Shown: piece after piece, positions 18,025 through 26,437 of the stretch
Layout of the letters: each line of letters starts with the position of its first letter
How positions within the stretch are numbered: position 1 is the stretch's first letter
Origin: Nitrosopumilus maritimus SCM1
GTDB lineage: Archaea > Thermoproteota > Nitrososphaeria > Nitrososphaerales > Nitrosopumilaceae
Assembly (NCBI RefSeq): GCF_000018465.1
Contig: NC_010085.1
Location: 1,350,001 to 1,382,000, forward strand
DNA: 32,000 nucleotides
Direction of reading: 5' to 3'
The notes under the pieces: model-generated
The model's database searches: none
Told to the model about the DNA's origin: nothing
Seen by the model: the letters and a program-made list of their open reading frames with translations, nothing else
Translations under genes and position numbers: made by a program

Positions 18025-18387
18025 TTACCAACCGACGAATAATGATACAAATAGCACAAATGCTACTGTTCCAGCTATACTGGCACCTACGATACCATTA
18101 CTATTCTTGTTGGAGCCTTCTTCCATGACTTTAACACAGAAGATGTAACCGATTGCCTCAATGATTGCAAGTACGATGAATGCAAAGTGGCCACTTGCTG
18201 TTGGATATGCCCATGGATAATAGAAGTATCCTGCTGCAGTACCAGCAAAAGTAGCAATTAATGCTGCCCAATATGATGCTGTGATCATACCAGTCATATT
18301 TTCAACGCGTCGTCCAATCATTCGTTCTACGTCAGCACTGGATGATCCACCGCCACCGCCTGAACCGAATCCTTTTGGAAGAGTCAT
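18025..18387 (-). CDS. amoX: AMO-associated membrane protein AmoX
   Basis: 120-aa multi-TM protein between amoA and amoC, the conserved position and sequence type of archaeal AmoX. Confidence 0.9.
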   Translation of the reverse strand: MTLPKGFGSGGGGGSSSADVERMIGRRVENMTGMITASYWAALIATFAGTAAGYFYYPWAYPTASGHFAFIVLAIIEAIGYIFCVKVMEEGSNKNSNGIVGASIAGTVAFVLFVSLFVGW

Positions 18388-18506
18388 TCTGGAATTATTC
18401 TAATTCAGAATCCTTTTAAGTCTTTCTTAAACTGCTGAAGAGGGTACGATCTACGTCTTTTTTAAAAATATAAAATAAGAAAAAATTGTGCGATTGCACA
18501 TTTTGT

Positions 18507-19070
18507 CTATGGAATTGATCTACTGTACAATTTGCCTTCTAAGGCCATCTTGTACATCTCTGCGACATATGGGTTCTCACCTGGAGTCTCAGCACCTAGT
18601 TCTACGAGTCTAGCATATACTCTGACTACGTATGCAAGTGCACCCATGAATGCTACTACAACACCCATGTTAAACATCCAATGGTTTGGAACTGCAAAGA
18701 TTTCCTCTACAAACCAGAAGTGCCACATCTCATTGACTCCAATTGTAAACATAGTTGCTAAGTAACCAAGAATGGTCATTTTCAAACCTGTGTTCATTGA
18801 ATTATTTGGACCTCTGAGAACTGGAACTTTTCTATCATAGATTGCTGCTGAACCCCATCCGAGTGGAAGTGCTACAAAGTGGGAATATAACCACCAGTGA
18901 GCTGGAGTAAATGCACTATCTCTGATAGATGTCTGATGTAGAGAACCATCAACGAAGTTATCTACTTCGACTGATGCTGCGGTAGATCCCATAGCAATAA
19001 CGATGAGCCAGATTTTCTTAAGTCTCTGAATCTCAACTTCTTTTGGGATTAATGCGGGCATCTGTGCCAT
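18507..19070 (-). CDS. amoC: Ammonia monooxygenase subunit C (archaeal)
   Basis: 'MAQMPALIPKEVEIQRLKKIWLIVIAMGSTAASVEVDNFVDGSLHQTSIRDSAFTPAHWWLYSHFVALPLGWGSAAIYDRKVPVLRGPNNSMNTGLKMTILGYLATMFTIGVNEMWHFWFVEE'; contains the conserved Asp/His/His copper-site region. ATG at 19070 preferred over 19079. Confidence 0.98.
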   Translation of the reverse strand: MAQMPALIPKEVEIQRLKKIWLIVIAMGSTAASVEVDNFVDGSLHQTSIRDSAFTPAHWWLYSHFVALPLGWGSAAIYDRKVPVLRGPNNSMNTGLKMTILGYLATMFTIGVNEMWHFWFVEEIFAVPNHWMFNMGVVVAFMGALAYVVRVYARLVELGAETPGENPYVAEMYKMALEGKLYSRSIP

Positions 19071-19325
19071 GGTAATCATGGTGTATATTGAGAATATAAA
19101 GTAAGAGATTGAAATCAGGTTGTTTTTCTTCCAATTTCTAACTATTTTTCAAATGATTTGTGAAATTATTTCATTTTCTATTTTTTTCATTGTAAGAATA
19201 ATAACTGTTTTTTGTTATTTTCAATGTTTAACATCGATGATTAACATCACTATTAGTATCGATCCTCGCAATGAAGGTAAAACATATAACGACGTGTATT
19301 ATCTTTCACAATATTAGGGATAACT

Positions 19326-19895
19326 ATGGTCGAAAAAAAGATTTTCGTATTCGGACTAGCTGTCGTACTTGCACTAGGAACTTTAGGTTTCAACTGGGTT
19401 GAGTCTATTCTTCCAACTGCAGATGCACACGGTGTCCAAGCACAACTCCAGAGTCGTTTCGTCAGAATTGAAGACGAGACCTTTAACAGACAATCCCTGC
19501 AAACTGGCGAGACCTTGGTACTTCAAGGAACATTAGTCAGTCTTGTAGAAAGAGACCTTAGAGGATGGATATCCATTTTCTCAGAGTCAACTAACGCAGG
19601 TAACAGATGGGAGATGCTCTCAAGAGATCCACCAGGAAACGTCTTTGACATTCCAGGAAACTCTGTTGTAGATTATCAACTATCTGCAAAAGCACTTGAA
19701 GCAGGTGTATACCACGTACACACCCAACTCAATGTAGCCCAAGTTGGTCCAGGACTCGGTCCAGGTCAAACAGTTGTCGTTGAAGGAGAACCAATTATCA
19801 AACCAATCCCATATACCAACATTGCATATCAGTCAATTATGATTGGTGTTGGATATGTCATTACGTTTGCAACACGACCCTGGCAAGTAATCTAA
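19326..19895 (+). CDS. amoB: Ammonia monooxygenase subunit B (archaeal, single cupredoxin domain)
   Basis: Signal/TM then 'ADAHGVQAQLQSRFVRIEDE' (His after predicted cleavage), 'GVYHVHTQLNVAQVGPGLGPGQ' (HxH copper ligands), one C-terminal TM; lacks second cupredoxin domain. Confidence 0.98.
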   Translation: MVEKKIFVFGLAVVLALGTLGFNWVESILPTADAHGVQAQLQSRFVRIEDETFNRQSLQTGETLVLQGTLVSLVERDLRGWISIFSESTNAGNRWEMLSRDPPGNVFDIPGNSVVDYQLSAKALEAGVYHVHTQLNVAQVGPGLGPGQTVVVEGEPIIKPIPYTNIAYQSIMIGVGYVITFATRPWQVI

Positions 19896-19990
19896 ACCAC
19901 CCCAACCTTTTCCTTTTCATTTTAAACACTCTACGATTAACGTAAGTCAGAAACCAAGTCTTATCTGCAATAACAAAGCAAGTAAAACAT

Positions 19991-20305
19991 ATGCTAAATT
20001 TCAAAATTAAAAAACTTGATATTTTTCAGAGTTACTTTTTTGGCGAAGTCGAATTCAGAGAAGACCCATACAAAGTAAACATCCAAAATCAAAGAAGAGG
20101 CAAAGTCCTCAAATTACCTTTTGAGATAAATCCAAAAAGAGAAAATGTCTTGGTGAGATTTTCAGGACCTGGAGAATTGTTTGTAGAGGATTACCTCCCA
20201 TACAAAGGAGAATCAGAGTGGTTAGAGGTAGATTCAGACGAAATTACATACTATATTGCAGACCACCAAGACCAACTAGACACAATTGAGATTGTGTACG
20301 ACTAA
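19991..20305 (+). CDS. Conserved hypothetical protein
   Basis: 104-aa ORF with native codon usage downstream of amoB. Confidence 0.65.
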   Translation: MLNFKIKKLDIFQSYFFGEVEFREDPYKVNIQNQRRGKVLKLPFEINPKRENVLVRFSGPGELFVEDYLPYKGESEWLEVDSDEITYYIADHQDQLDTIEIVYD

Positions 20306-20345
20306 GAGAAAGGACTTTAAGGAATCTGACTAGAATTATCCTATC

Positions 20346-20864
20346 ATGAAGTGGCCAGGTGCAACAGACCCATACAAGAGAAACAAGACAATCAGATTTC
20401 TCATAATAAGTGCAGGTATTGGTGCAGCAGCAGTATTAATGACCACCATGATAGTGAATCCAGCAATTGGCAATCAACCACATAATGCTTGTATTGACGA
20501 TTTGGACACTCCTTGGAAAATATCATTTACATTTGAAATGGTCAAGGATGGTTTGAAAGCTGAAGTTCAGCCAAATATTGGAATCACAGAAGAGTGTCAA
20601 AGGGCAATATACACACTATCTAATGACGGTACAGTATATGCAGAATGGACAGAAAATCCCAATTTTGAGATAGGGCATTTCCTCTACATTTCAGGTTTTC
20701 AGATTAGAGATATGGAAGAGTCAAAAACTGAGATTTTTGTAAATGACAAACCATCAGAGCATGGCCTCAAAACCCCAATACAAGATGGGTATCACTACAA
20801 GGCAGTATTCATATCAAAGGGATATGACGAATCAAAGGACAGAGACTTCCTACCAGACAATTAG
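20346..20864 (+). CDS. Membrane-anchored extracellular hypothetical protein
   Basis: 172 aa; single N-terminal TM 'RFLIISAGIGAAAVLMTTMIVNPAIG' then soluble domain with two Cys. Confidence 0.7.
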   Translation: MKWPGATDPYKRNKTIRFLIISAGIGAAAVLMTTMIVNPAIGNQPHNACIDDLDTPWKISFTFEMVKDGLKAEVQPNIGITEECQRAIYTLSNDGTVYAEWTENPNFEIGHFLYISGFQIRDMEESKTEIFVNDKPSEHGLKTPIQDGYHYKAVFISKGYDESKDRDFLPDN

Positions 20865-20966
20865 ACAATTGCAGACTTTGTAAAAATTAAGAATATTTTC
20901 TAAAACGATTTGTACATAGATTTCTCTAGGGAATTAAAAATAATGAAAATGAAAAAGGTAGTAATT

Positions 20967-21236
20967 CTACCAGTATTTTCCGTTGTCTGGAATAAGACCG
21001 ATACCTTCTCTTTCAAAGTGTCTGTCCAATTCGTCGACCCATCTCTCACGGTTGTCTTTGTATGCCCATCCGTGAACACGTAACCAGAATGAGATAATTC
21101 CAAGAAGGAATACAGTGAACATCATGGTTCCGAAGATGTAAATCATTACATCATAGAATAATGGATCATAGTTTGGTCCTAGTTGTCCTGTTAGTGATGA
21201 CAGGATGCTTAGGAAAGTTCCTACGATAGGAGTCAT
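20967..21236 (-). CDS. Small single-TM membrane protein, candidate AmoY/AmoZ-type subunit
   Basis: 'MTPIVGTFLSILSSLTGQLGPNYDPLFYDVMIYIFGTMMFTVFLLGIISFWLRVHGWAYKDNRERWVDELDRHFEREGIGLIPDNGKYW', next to the amo cluster. Confidence 0.75.
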   Translation of the reverse strand: MTPIVGTFLSILSSLTGQLGPNYDPLFYDVMIYIFGTMMFTVFLLGIISFWLRVHGWAYKDNRERWVDELDRHFEREGIGLIPDNGKYW

Positions 21237-21288
21237 GTATATTTTGGCTCAATTTCTGCGATATATACATTTCTTTTATTATCATAAA

Positions 21289-21303
21289 GTACGAGATCAG
21301 TAT
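21289..21303. promoter_or_regulatory. Exact 15-bp repeat GTACGAGATCAGTAT, copy 1
   Basis: Lies 53 bp upstream of the minus-strand start codon at 21236; identical to copy 2 at 21751-21765. Confidence 0.6.
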
Positions 21304-21345
21304 TCACTAAGGCTTGATAATAAAATAAGAGAAAAGTGAGGTATT

Positions 21346-21678
21346 TTATCCTCTACCCATTGCTGCGTATTTGCCAGATCTTCCTCTAATTAAGAAGGCT
21401 CCTGCAATACCACCAAAGACTGCACCTGCAATAACTGCTGCACCAACGACACCACTAGCATCAAGATATGGAGTTCCTGAACCAGAAGATGGGTTTGCTT
21501 CAGCAGCTTCGATTCTTCTTCTTTGAATCTCAAGTGCCTCTTCTAATGTGTATGATCCGGTTTCTCCTGCATCACCAACGTTACCCATGTACTGGGCAAA
21601 TGCAACAGAAGCTGCACCGATGGCACCGAAGAAAAATACAGATAGCATGGTTGCTGTTAAGAGTACTTTTGTATTCAT
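21346..21678 (-). CDS. Small exported/TM protein, candidate AmoY/AmoZ-type subunit
   Basis: 'MNTKVLLTATMLSVFFFGAIGAASVAFA' signal-like N-terminus and C-terminal TM 'GVVGAAVIAGAVFGGIAGAFLIRGRSGKY'. Confidence 0.75.
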   Translation of the reverse strand: MNTKVLLTATMLSVFFFGAIGAASVAFAQYMGNVGDAGETGSYTLEEALEIQRRRIEAAEANPSSGSGTPYLDASGVVGAAVIAGAVFGGIAGAFLIRGRSGKYAAMGRG

Positions 21679-21750
21679 ACCGTTTACCTAATCGTTTGGA
21701 CGAACAGTACTTATTTAAAACTTTATTCTGAGCCTCAAATTTCGAATAAT

Positions 21751-21765
21751 GTACGAGATCAGTAT
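21751..21765. promoter_or_regulatory. Exact 15-bp repeat GTACGAGATCAGTAT, copy 2
   Basis: Lies 73 bp upstream of the minus-strand start at 21678 and about 40 bp upstream of rps15 on the plus strand. Confidence 0.6.
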
Positions 21766-21802
21766 AAGTAACGTTTAATTCTCTACTCAAGTGAGCCAAA
21801 TT

Positions 21803-22252
21803 ATGGGACGAATGCACACACACAGACACGGAAAGTCACATTCCATTAGACCAGCTACACTACGTGCACCTTCATGGATCACACAAAGTCCTGCAGAAAT
21901 TGAAGAATTGGTAATAAAATACTCCAAAGACGGACTAACTCCTAGTCAAATTGGAATTAAACTTAGAGACCAACATTCAATCCCACTAATCAAGCCAATT
22001 ACAAAAAAGACAATTGGTGAGATTTTAGAAGAAAATGATTTGAAAGCAGAGATGCCAGAAGACTTGGAAAACATTGTCAAAAAGGCAGTAGGTCTTCAAA
22101 GACATCTCAAAGAAAACAAGGGAGACAGAAGAAATGTCAGATCTTTGGAATTAATCGAAGCCAAAGTTCACAGACTATCAGTCTATTACAAAAAGATCGG
22201 CAGAATCCCAGCAACTTGGAAATATAAATCAGTAGTAGCTCAATTAGAGTAA
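21803..22252 (+). CDS. rps15: 30S ribosomal protein S15 (uS15)
   Basis: 'MGRMHTHRHGKSHSIRPATLRAPSWITQSPAEIEELVIKYSKDGLTPSQIGIKLRDQHSIP...GDRRNVRSLELIEAKVHRLSVYYKKIGRIPATWKYKSVVAQLE'. ATG at 21803; GTG at 21791 is an alternative. Confidence 0.96.
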   Translation: MGRMHTHRHGKSHSIRPATLRAPSWITQSPAEIEELVIKYSKDGLTPSQIGIKLRDQHSIPLIKPITKKTIGEILEENDLKAEMPEDLENIVKKAVGLQRHLKENKGDRRNVRSLELIEAKVHRLSVYYKKIGRIPATWKYKSVVAQLE

Positions 22253-23673
22253 TGACAAAATCACTTGATGAGTCACTTTCGTTTTTCAAAGATAAAGTTA
22301 CAGATTGCATAAGATCTAAAAAATCAATTTTTGTTACAACCCACATTGATTGTGACGGGTTGACATCTGGAAGTATCATTACCAAAGCTCTGATAAGAGC
22401 TGGGGCAAATTGTACTGTTAGGACATCAAAAGAATTTAGCAAAAATGTTGTAGACTCTTTCAAAACAGATTCTAGAGATTTTCACATAGTTACTGATCTT
22501 GGAGGAGGTTTTGGAAAGGACCTCAATGAGACACTTGGAGATAACTGGATTGTCTTGGATCATCACCAAATCCCAGATGAGGAGATAGAGAATCCAAATG
22601 TGATTAATGCATGGAAGTATGGAATCGATGGAGGCCTTGAAATTTGTGCCGGCGGAATGGCATATCTAGCATCCATGGCACTTGATGAGAAAAACTCTGA
22701 CTTGTCATCAATTGCAGTAGTATCTGCTCTTGGAGACAGACAGGACCAAGGAGAAAGAAAGTCATTTACTGGAAAGAATTTTGAAATCGCAAACACTGCA
22801 AAAGAACAAGGACTAGTTGAGATTGACTTGGACCTATTATTGGTTGGAAGAGAGACAAGACCACTTCCAGATGCCTTGGCATTTACATCCCAGCCATTTA
22901 TTGAGGGACTTACCTGGAACAGAGATGCCTGCCTTTCACTACTAAATTCATCAGGAATCCAGCTTAAAGACGAGGGCAGATGGAGGGTTCCAGCAGAGCT
23001 AGACGAGGAAGAAAAAAGACAGGTAATCGAGTCAATCACCAAATTTACAGCTGGCAAAAATGCCACAGAGATAATGTCTGAATTAATCGGATACACTTAC
23101 ACATTTCCTAGAGAAGACAAGAGGAGTTTCTTGAGGGATGGTAGAGAGTTTTCAACTATGCTAAACTCTTGTGGAAGAATAAACCGCTCCGGAGTCGGAA
23201 TGGCAATCTGCATGGGAGACAGAAACAAGATTCTAAGAGAAGGGGAGACAATCCTGACAGACTATAGAAAGATGATCAGAGAATACATGAACATTCTATC
23301 AAATGAGAGATGGAGGATTTCTGAAAGTGAGACATGTGTTATGGTAAATGGAGAAGACATTGTCCCTGAAACAATGACTGGAACCATCTCATCACTAATT
23401 GCAGGCTCTCCAAAGAATTCTGGTAAAATTGTAATTCTCAGAACAAAGGGAGAAGAGAACACTATCAAGTTTTCATCAAGAAAGTCATTTGGTTGCAAAT
23501 CAGACATCAACCTAAGTGATCTGATGAGAGCTGGTGCTGAGAAGTTTGATGGTATTGGAGGAGGTCATGATGCAGCAGCTGGAGCAAAAATAACTAAAGA
23601 CAAATTAGATGAGTTTCTCAATTATTTAGAAGTAAATGTCGTTAACGTGTCAAGTGCAGATAGTCCTCAGTAA
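22252..23673 (+). CDS. RecJ-like DHH/DHHA1 phosphoesterase (archaeal single-strand exonuclease family)
   Basis: 'IFVTTHIDCDGLTSGSIITKALIRAG' , 'DNWIVLDHHQIPDEE', C-terminal 'EKFDGIGGGHDAAAGAKI'. Starts at 1-nt overlap with rps15 stop (TAATG). Confidence 0.93.
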   Translation: MTKSLDESLSFFKDKVTDCIRSKKSIFVTTHIDCDGLTSGSIITKALIRAGANCTVRTSKEFSKNVVDSFKTDSRDFHIVTDLGGGFGKDLNETLGDNWIVLDHHQIPDEEIENPNVINAWKYGIDGGLEICAGGMAYLASMALDEKNSDLSSIAVVSALGDRQDQGERKSFTGKNFEIANTAKEQGLVEIDLDLLLVGRETRPLPDALAFTSQPFIEGLTWNRDACLSLLNSSGIQLKDEGRWRVPAELDEEEKRQVIESITKFTAGKNATEIMSELIGYTYTFPREDKRSFLRDGREFSTMLNSCGRINRSGVGMAICMGDRNKILREGETILTDYRKMIREYMNILSNERWRISESETCVMVNGEDIVPETMTGTISSLIAGSPKNSGKIVILRTKGEENTIKFSSRKSFGCKSDINLSDLMRAGAEKFDGIGGGHDAAAGAKITKDKLDEFLNYLEVNVVNVSSADSPQ

Positions 23674-23878
23674 CATTACAAAAGAAAAGGCAGAGACTGT
23701 CAAAAAAGCACTAGAGCCAGATAATGTAGATTTTCCAGAAGGATTGAGTCTTGATGTTGAAAATGTTGATAACAAACTAGTTTTTAATTTTGAAAGTAAG
23801 AAGAACATGAAACAGCTAATTGGAACCATAGATGAAGTGATGGACCACATCCAGGTGGCACTAAAGGTGATAGAGTAA
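23636..23878 (+). CDS. pcc1: KEOPS complex subunit Pcc1
   Basis: 'VKKALEPDNVDFPEGLSLDVENVDNKLVFNFESKKNMKQLIGTIDEVMDHIQVALKVI'; matches Pcc1 pattern and its position downstream of recJ-like in archaea. Confidence 0.88.
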   Translation: MSLTCQVQIVLSNITKEKAETVKKALEPDNVDFPEGLSLDVENVDNKLVFNFESKKNMKQLIGTIDEVMDHIQVALKVIE

Positions 23879-25143
23879 TGCTAGACCCAAAACTACTCAA
23901 AGAAAAACCACAGGTGATCAGAGACATGCTCAAGGCAAGAGCAGTAGATTTTGATTTGGATGGATTGATAGAGTCTGACCAAAAAAGACGAGAGTTTATC
24001 ATAAAAACTGACGAGTTCAAAAAGAGAAGAAATGAGATTGGAAATGAAATCGCTCAAAAGAAAAAGGCAGGAGAAGACACATCGACAATTCTAGATGAGA
24101 TGAAAAATGTCTCAGCAGAACTTGCAAAACTAGAATCACAACAAGAAGAGATTGAAAGTAAATATGCAAAATTAGCATTTACAGTTCCAAACTTGGTTCA
24201 CGAATCAGTTCCAGTAGGACCTGATGATACTGCAAACAAAGAGATGAGAAAGTGGGGAGAGATTCCACAGTTTGATTTTAAGATAAATGATCACATTGAC
24301 ATGTCTGAGAATTTGGATTTGGTAGATTTAGAGAGAGCAGCCAAAGTTGCAGGTGCCAGATTCTATTATCTCAAAAATGATTTGGTAAGACTAAACCAAT
24401 CACTAATTCACTTTGCATTAGACTTTTTAGCAGAAAAAGAGTATTCGCTAGTACAACCGCCATACATGATTAATCGCTCATCAATGGAAGGCGCAGTAAT
24501 TGCAGATGACTTTGAGGAAGTAATCTACAAAGTTGAAGAAGAGGATCTCTACATGATTGGTACATCAGAGCATGCAATGGCAGCAATGCACTCTAAAGAG
24601 ATTATTGAAGGAAAAGATCTTCCAATAAGATATGCCGGAGTAAGTCCATGTTTTAGAAAAGAAGCAGGAGCACATGGCAGAGACCAGAAAGGAATCTTTA
24701 GAGTCCACCAGTTTGACAAGATTGAACAGTTTGTCTATGCAAGACCTGAAGACTCTTGGAAAGAACATGAAAAGATGTTGGCAGTAGCTGAAGAGTTTTA
24801 CCAGAAACTAGAGATTCCACACAGAGTCATGTTATTGTCAACTGGAGACATGGGAAAGATTTCTGCCAAGACATACGATATTGAAGCATGGATGGCAGGA
24901 CAAAATTCCTATAGGGAAATAGTATCGTGTTCAAACTGCCTTGATTACCAAGCAAGGAGACTCAAAATCAGATTCAGAGACAAGACAAATGAAGACACAC
25001 AGTACATCCACACATTAAACAGCACACTGGTAGCCACAACCAGAGTACTGGTATCAATTATGGAGAATTTCCAGACAAAGGATGGCCATATCAAAATTCC
25101 TCAAGTTTTACAGAGTTACATGGGAAATCAGAAAGAGATCTAG
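23878..25143 (+). CDS. serS: Seryl-tRNA synthetase
   Basis: Coiled-coil N-terminus, 'MYMIGTSEHAMAAMHSKEI'-like motif 'YMIGTSEHAMAAMHSKEIIEGKDLPIRYAGVSPCFRKEAGAHGRDQKGIFRVHQFDKIEQFVY' and 'REIVSCSNCLDYQARRLKIRFR'. Confidence 0.97.
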   Translation: MLDPKLLKEKPQVIRDMLKARAVDFDLDGLIESDQKRREFIIKTDEFKKRRNEIGNEIAQKKKAGEDTSTILDEMKNVSAELAKLESQQEEIESKYAKLAFTVPNLVHESVPVGPDDTANKEMRKWGEIPQFDFKINDHIDMSENLDLVDLERAAKVAGARFYYLKNDLVRLNQSLIHFALDFLAEKEYSLVQPPYMINRSSMEGAVIADDFEEVIYKVEEEDLYMIGTSEHAMAAMHSKEIIEGKDLPIRYAGVSPCFRKEAGAHGRDQKGIFRVHQFDKIEQFVYARPEDSWKEHEKMLAVAEEFYQKLEIPHRVMLLSTGDMGKISAKTYDIEAWMAGQNSYREIVSCSNCLDYQARRLKIRFRDKTNEDTQYIHTLNSTLVATTRVLVSIMENFQTKDGHIKIPQVLQSYMGNQKEI

Positions 25144-25183
25144 TGACATACCCTTATATTTTGGGTTCAAAGGTCGATAATAA

Positions 25184-25795
25184 TTGGCACGTAGAAAAGG
25201 TAGAGTAAAGGACAAGTGGCGTGAAAAACGCTGGGTTACTGTAAATGCTCCAGATTCATTTAACAATGTACCAATTGGATATGTTCCAATTACAGATGAT
25301 GAGAATGCAGCTGGCAGAGTTTTAGAAGTTACACTTTACGATATCCTAAAAGGAGATCCTTCACAACACCAATACAAGATCTATTTCCAAATTAACAAAG
25401 TTGATGGAGACAATGCATCAACAATCTTCAAGAGATTCGAATATTCAAAAGAATTTTTGCGCAGTCTTGTTAGACGTGGTTCATCAAAGATTAATTTCAT
25501 TATTGATGTAAAAACAAAAGATGGTTACATCTTTAGAATCAAAGTAATTGCATTAACTCACAGACAACTCAACACATCTAGAAAACATGCACTTAGATTA
25601 ATTGCAAGAGATGTTATCAACAAACAAGTTCCAGACATGACAATTGAGCAATTTGTTCAAGCAACATGTTACAGTAAAATCAATTCAGACATTATGGCTG
25701 CATTCAAAAAAGTCATCAGAGTAAGACATGTTGGTCTTGAAAAAGTCAAACTCATCAGAACTGCTGAGAAAGAAACAGTTTTGCTTGAAGCATAA
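25184..25795 (+). CDS. rps3ae: 30S ribosomal protein S3Ae (eS1)
   Basis: 'KWREKRWVTVNAPDSFNNVPIGYVPITDDENAAGRVLEVTLYDILKGDPSQHQYKIYFQI'. Confidence 0.96.
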   Translation: MARRKGRVKDKWREKRWVTVNAPDSFNNVPIGYVPITDDENAAGRVLEVTLYDILKGDPSQHQYKIYFQINKVDGDNASTIFKRFEYSKEFLRSLVRRGSSKINFIIDVKTKDGYIFRIKVIALTHRQLNTSRKHALRLIARDVINKQVPDMTIEQFVQATCYSKINSDIMAAFKKVIRVRHVGLEKVKLIRTAEKETVLLEA

Positions 25796-25821
25796 ACAGT
25801 CAATCATATCCTAGTAGAATA

Positions 25822-26247
25822 ATGAATGATAAGATAGAGATTACAGTTGATGCCATAGTTCATGCAACTGAAGATATCTCAAAAATTTTTCAAGCCTTTG
25901 AAATTTTAGAATTGCAAGAAGATGATTTTACCATTAACGAAACAACAGGGCATTTTGATAATCCCATAGTCATGCTAAATGCAAAGATTGTCAAAAAACA
26001 GGCTCTAAACTTTCTAAAAAGATTGATAGAATTACTCCCACAAGAGCAGATTGACGAGTTGATAGATGAGATTGAAGAGAGAACAGTTGACTCTAGATTT
26101 CACATGAGACTAGACAAGCAAGAGTTGGTAAAGGGCAACGTTACAATCAGTGAAAAGGACACAATAAAATTAAAAATTCACACGCCCATCTACAACAAAA
26201 AAGATACCGTCAAAACATTTACAGAAATTTTTCAGATTGCCAACTAG
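25822..26247 (+). CDS. Archaeal RNA-binding / predicted exosome-associated protein (COG1325-like)
   Basis: 141 aa 'IEITVDAIVHATEDISKIFQAFEIL...GHFDNPIVMLNAKIVKKQALNFLKRLIELLP...RFHMRLDKQELVKGNVTISEKDTIKLKIHTPIYNKKDT'. Confidence 0.75.
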   Translation: MNDKIEITVDAIVHATEDISKIFQAFEILELQEDDFTINETTGHFDNPIVMLNAKIVKKQALNFLKRLIELLPQEQIDELIDEIEERTVDSRFHMRLDKQELVKGNVTISEKDTIKLKIHTPIYNKKDTVKTFTEIFQIAN

Positions 26248-26277
26248 ATTAAATAGAATAAAATCACATTATCAATT

Positions 26278-26346
26278 GGGAATGAGGAAATAACAGCCGC
26301 TCCAGTCTGAGCGAAAGCATTGAAGACGCCGCGACGAACCGACCCC
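26278..26346 (+). ncRNA. Possible C/D-box-like small RNA
   Basis: GC-rich intergenic island with ATGAGGA (26282-26288, C-like), CTGA (26307-26310, D'), TTGAAGA (26320-26326, C'-like) and CCGA (26339-26342, D-like); also hairpin CGCTC..GAGCG. Confidence 0.3.
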
Positions 26347-26437
26347 AAATTTTGAATCGATCAATTACTCAAAAAAACACTATTCCTTAGACATTTTCAT
26401 GGTATTATTTTAAATACGGACAGACGAACCTGTTATC

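Noticed and set aside
19120-19317. 65-aa Phe/Ile-rich ORF between amoC and amoB
   Set aside because: Composition reflects AT-rich divergent regulatory DNA; no clear protein-like features.
21468-21829. ORFs antisense to the 110-aa membrane gene and the rps15 start
   Set aside because: Overlap better supported genes (signal peptide/TM protein and uS15).
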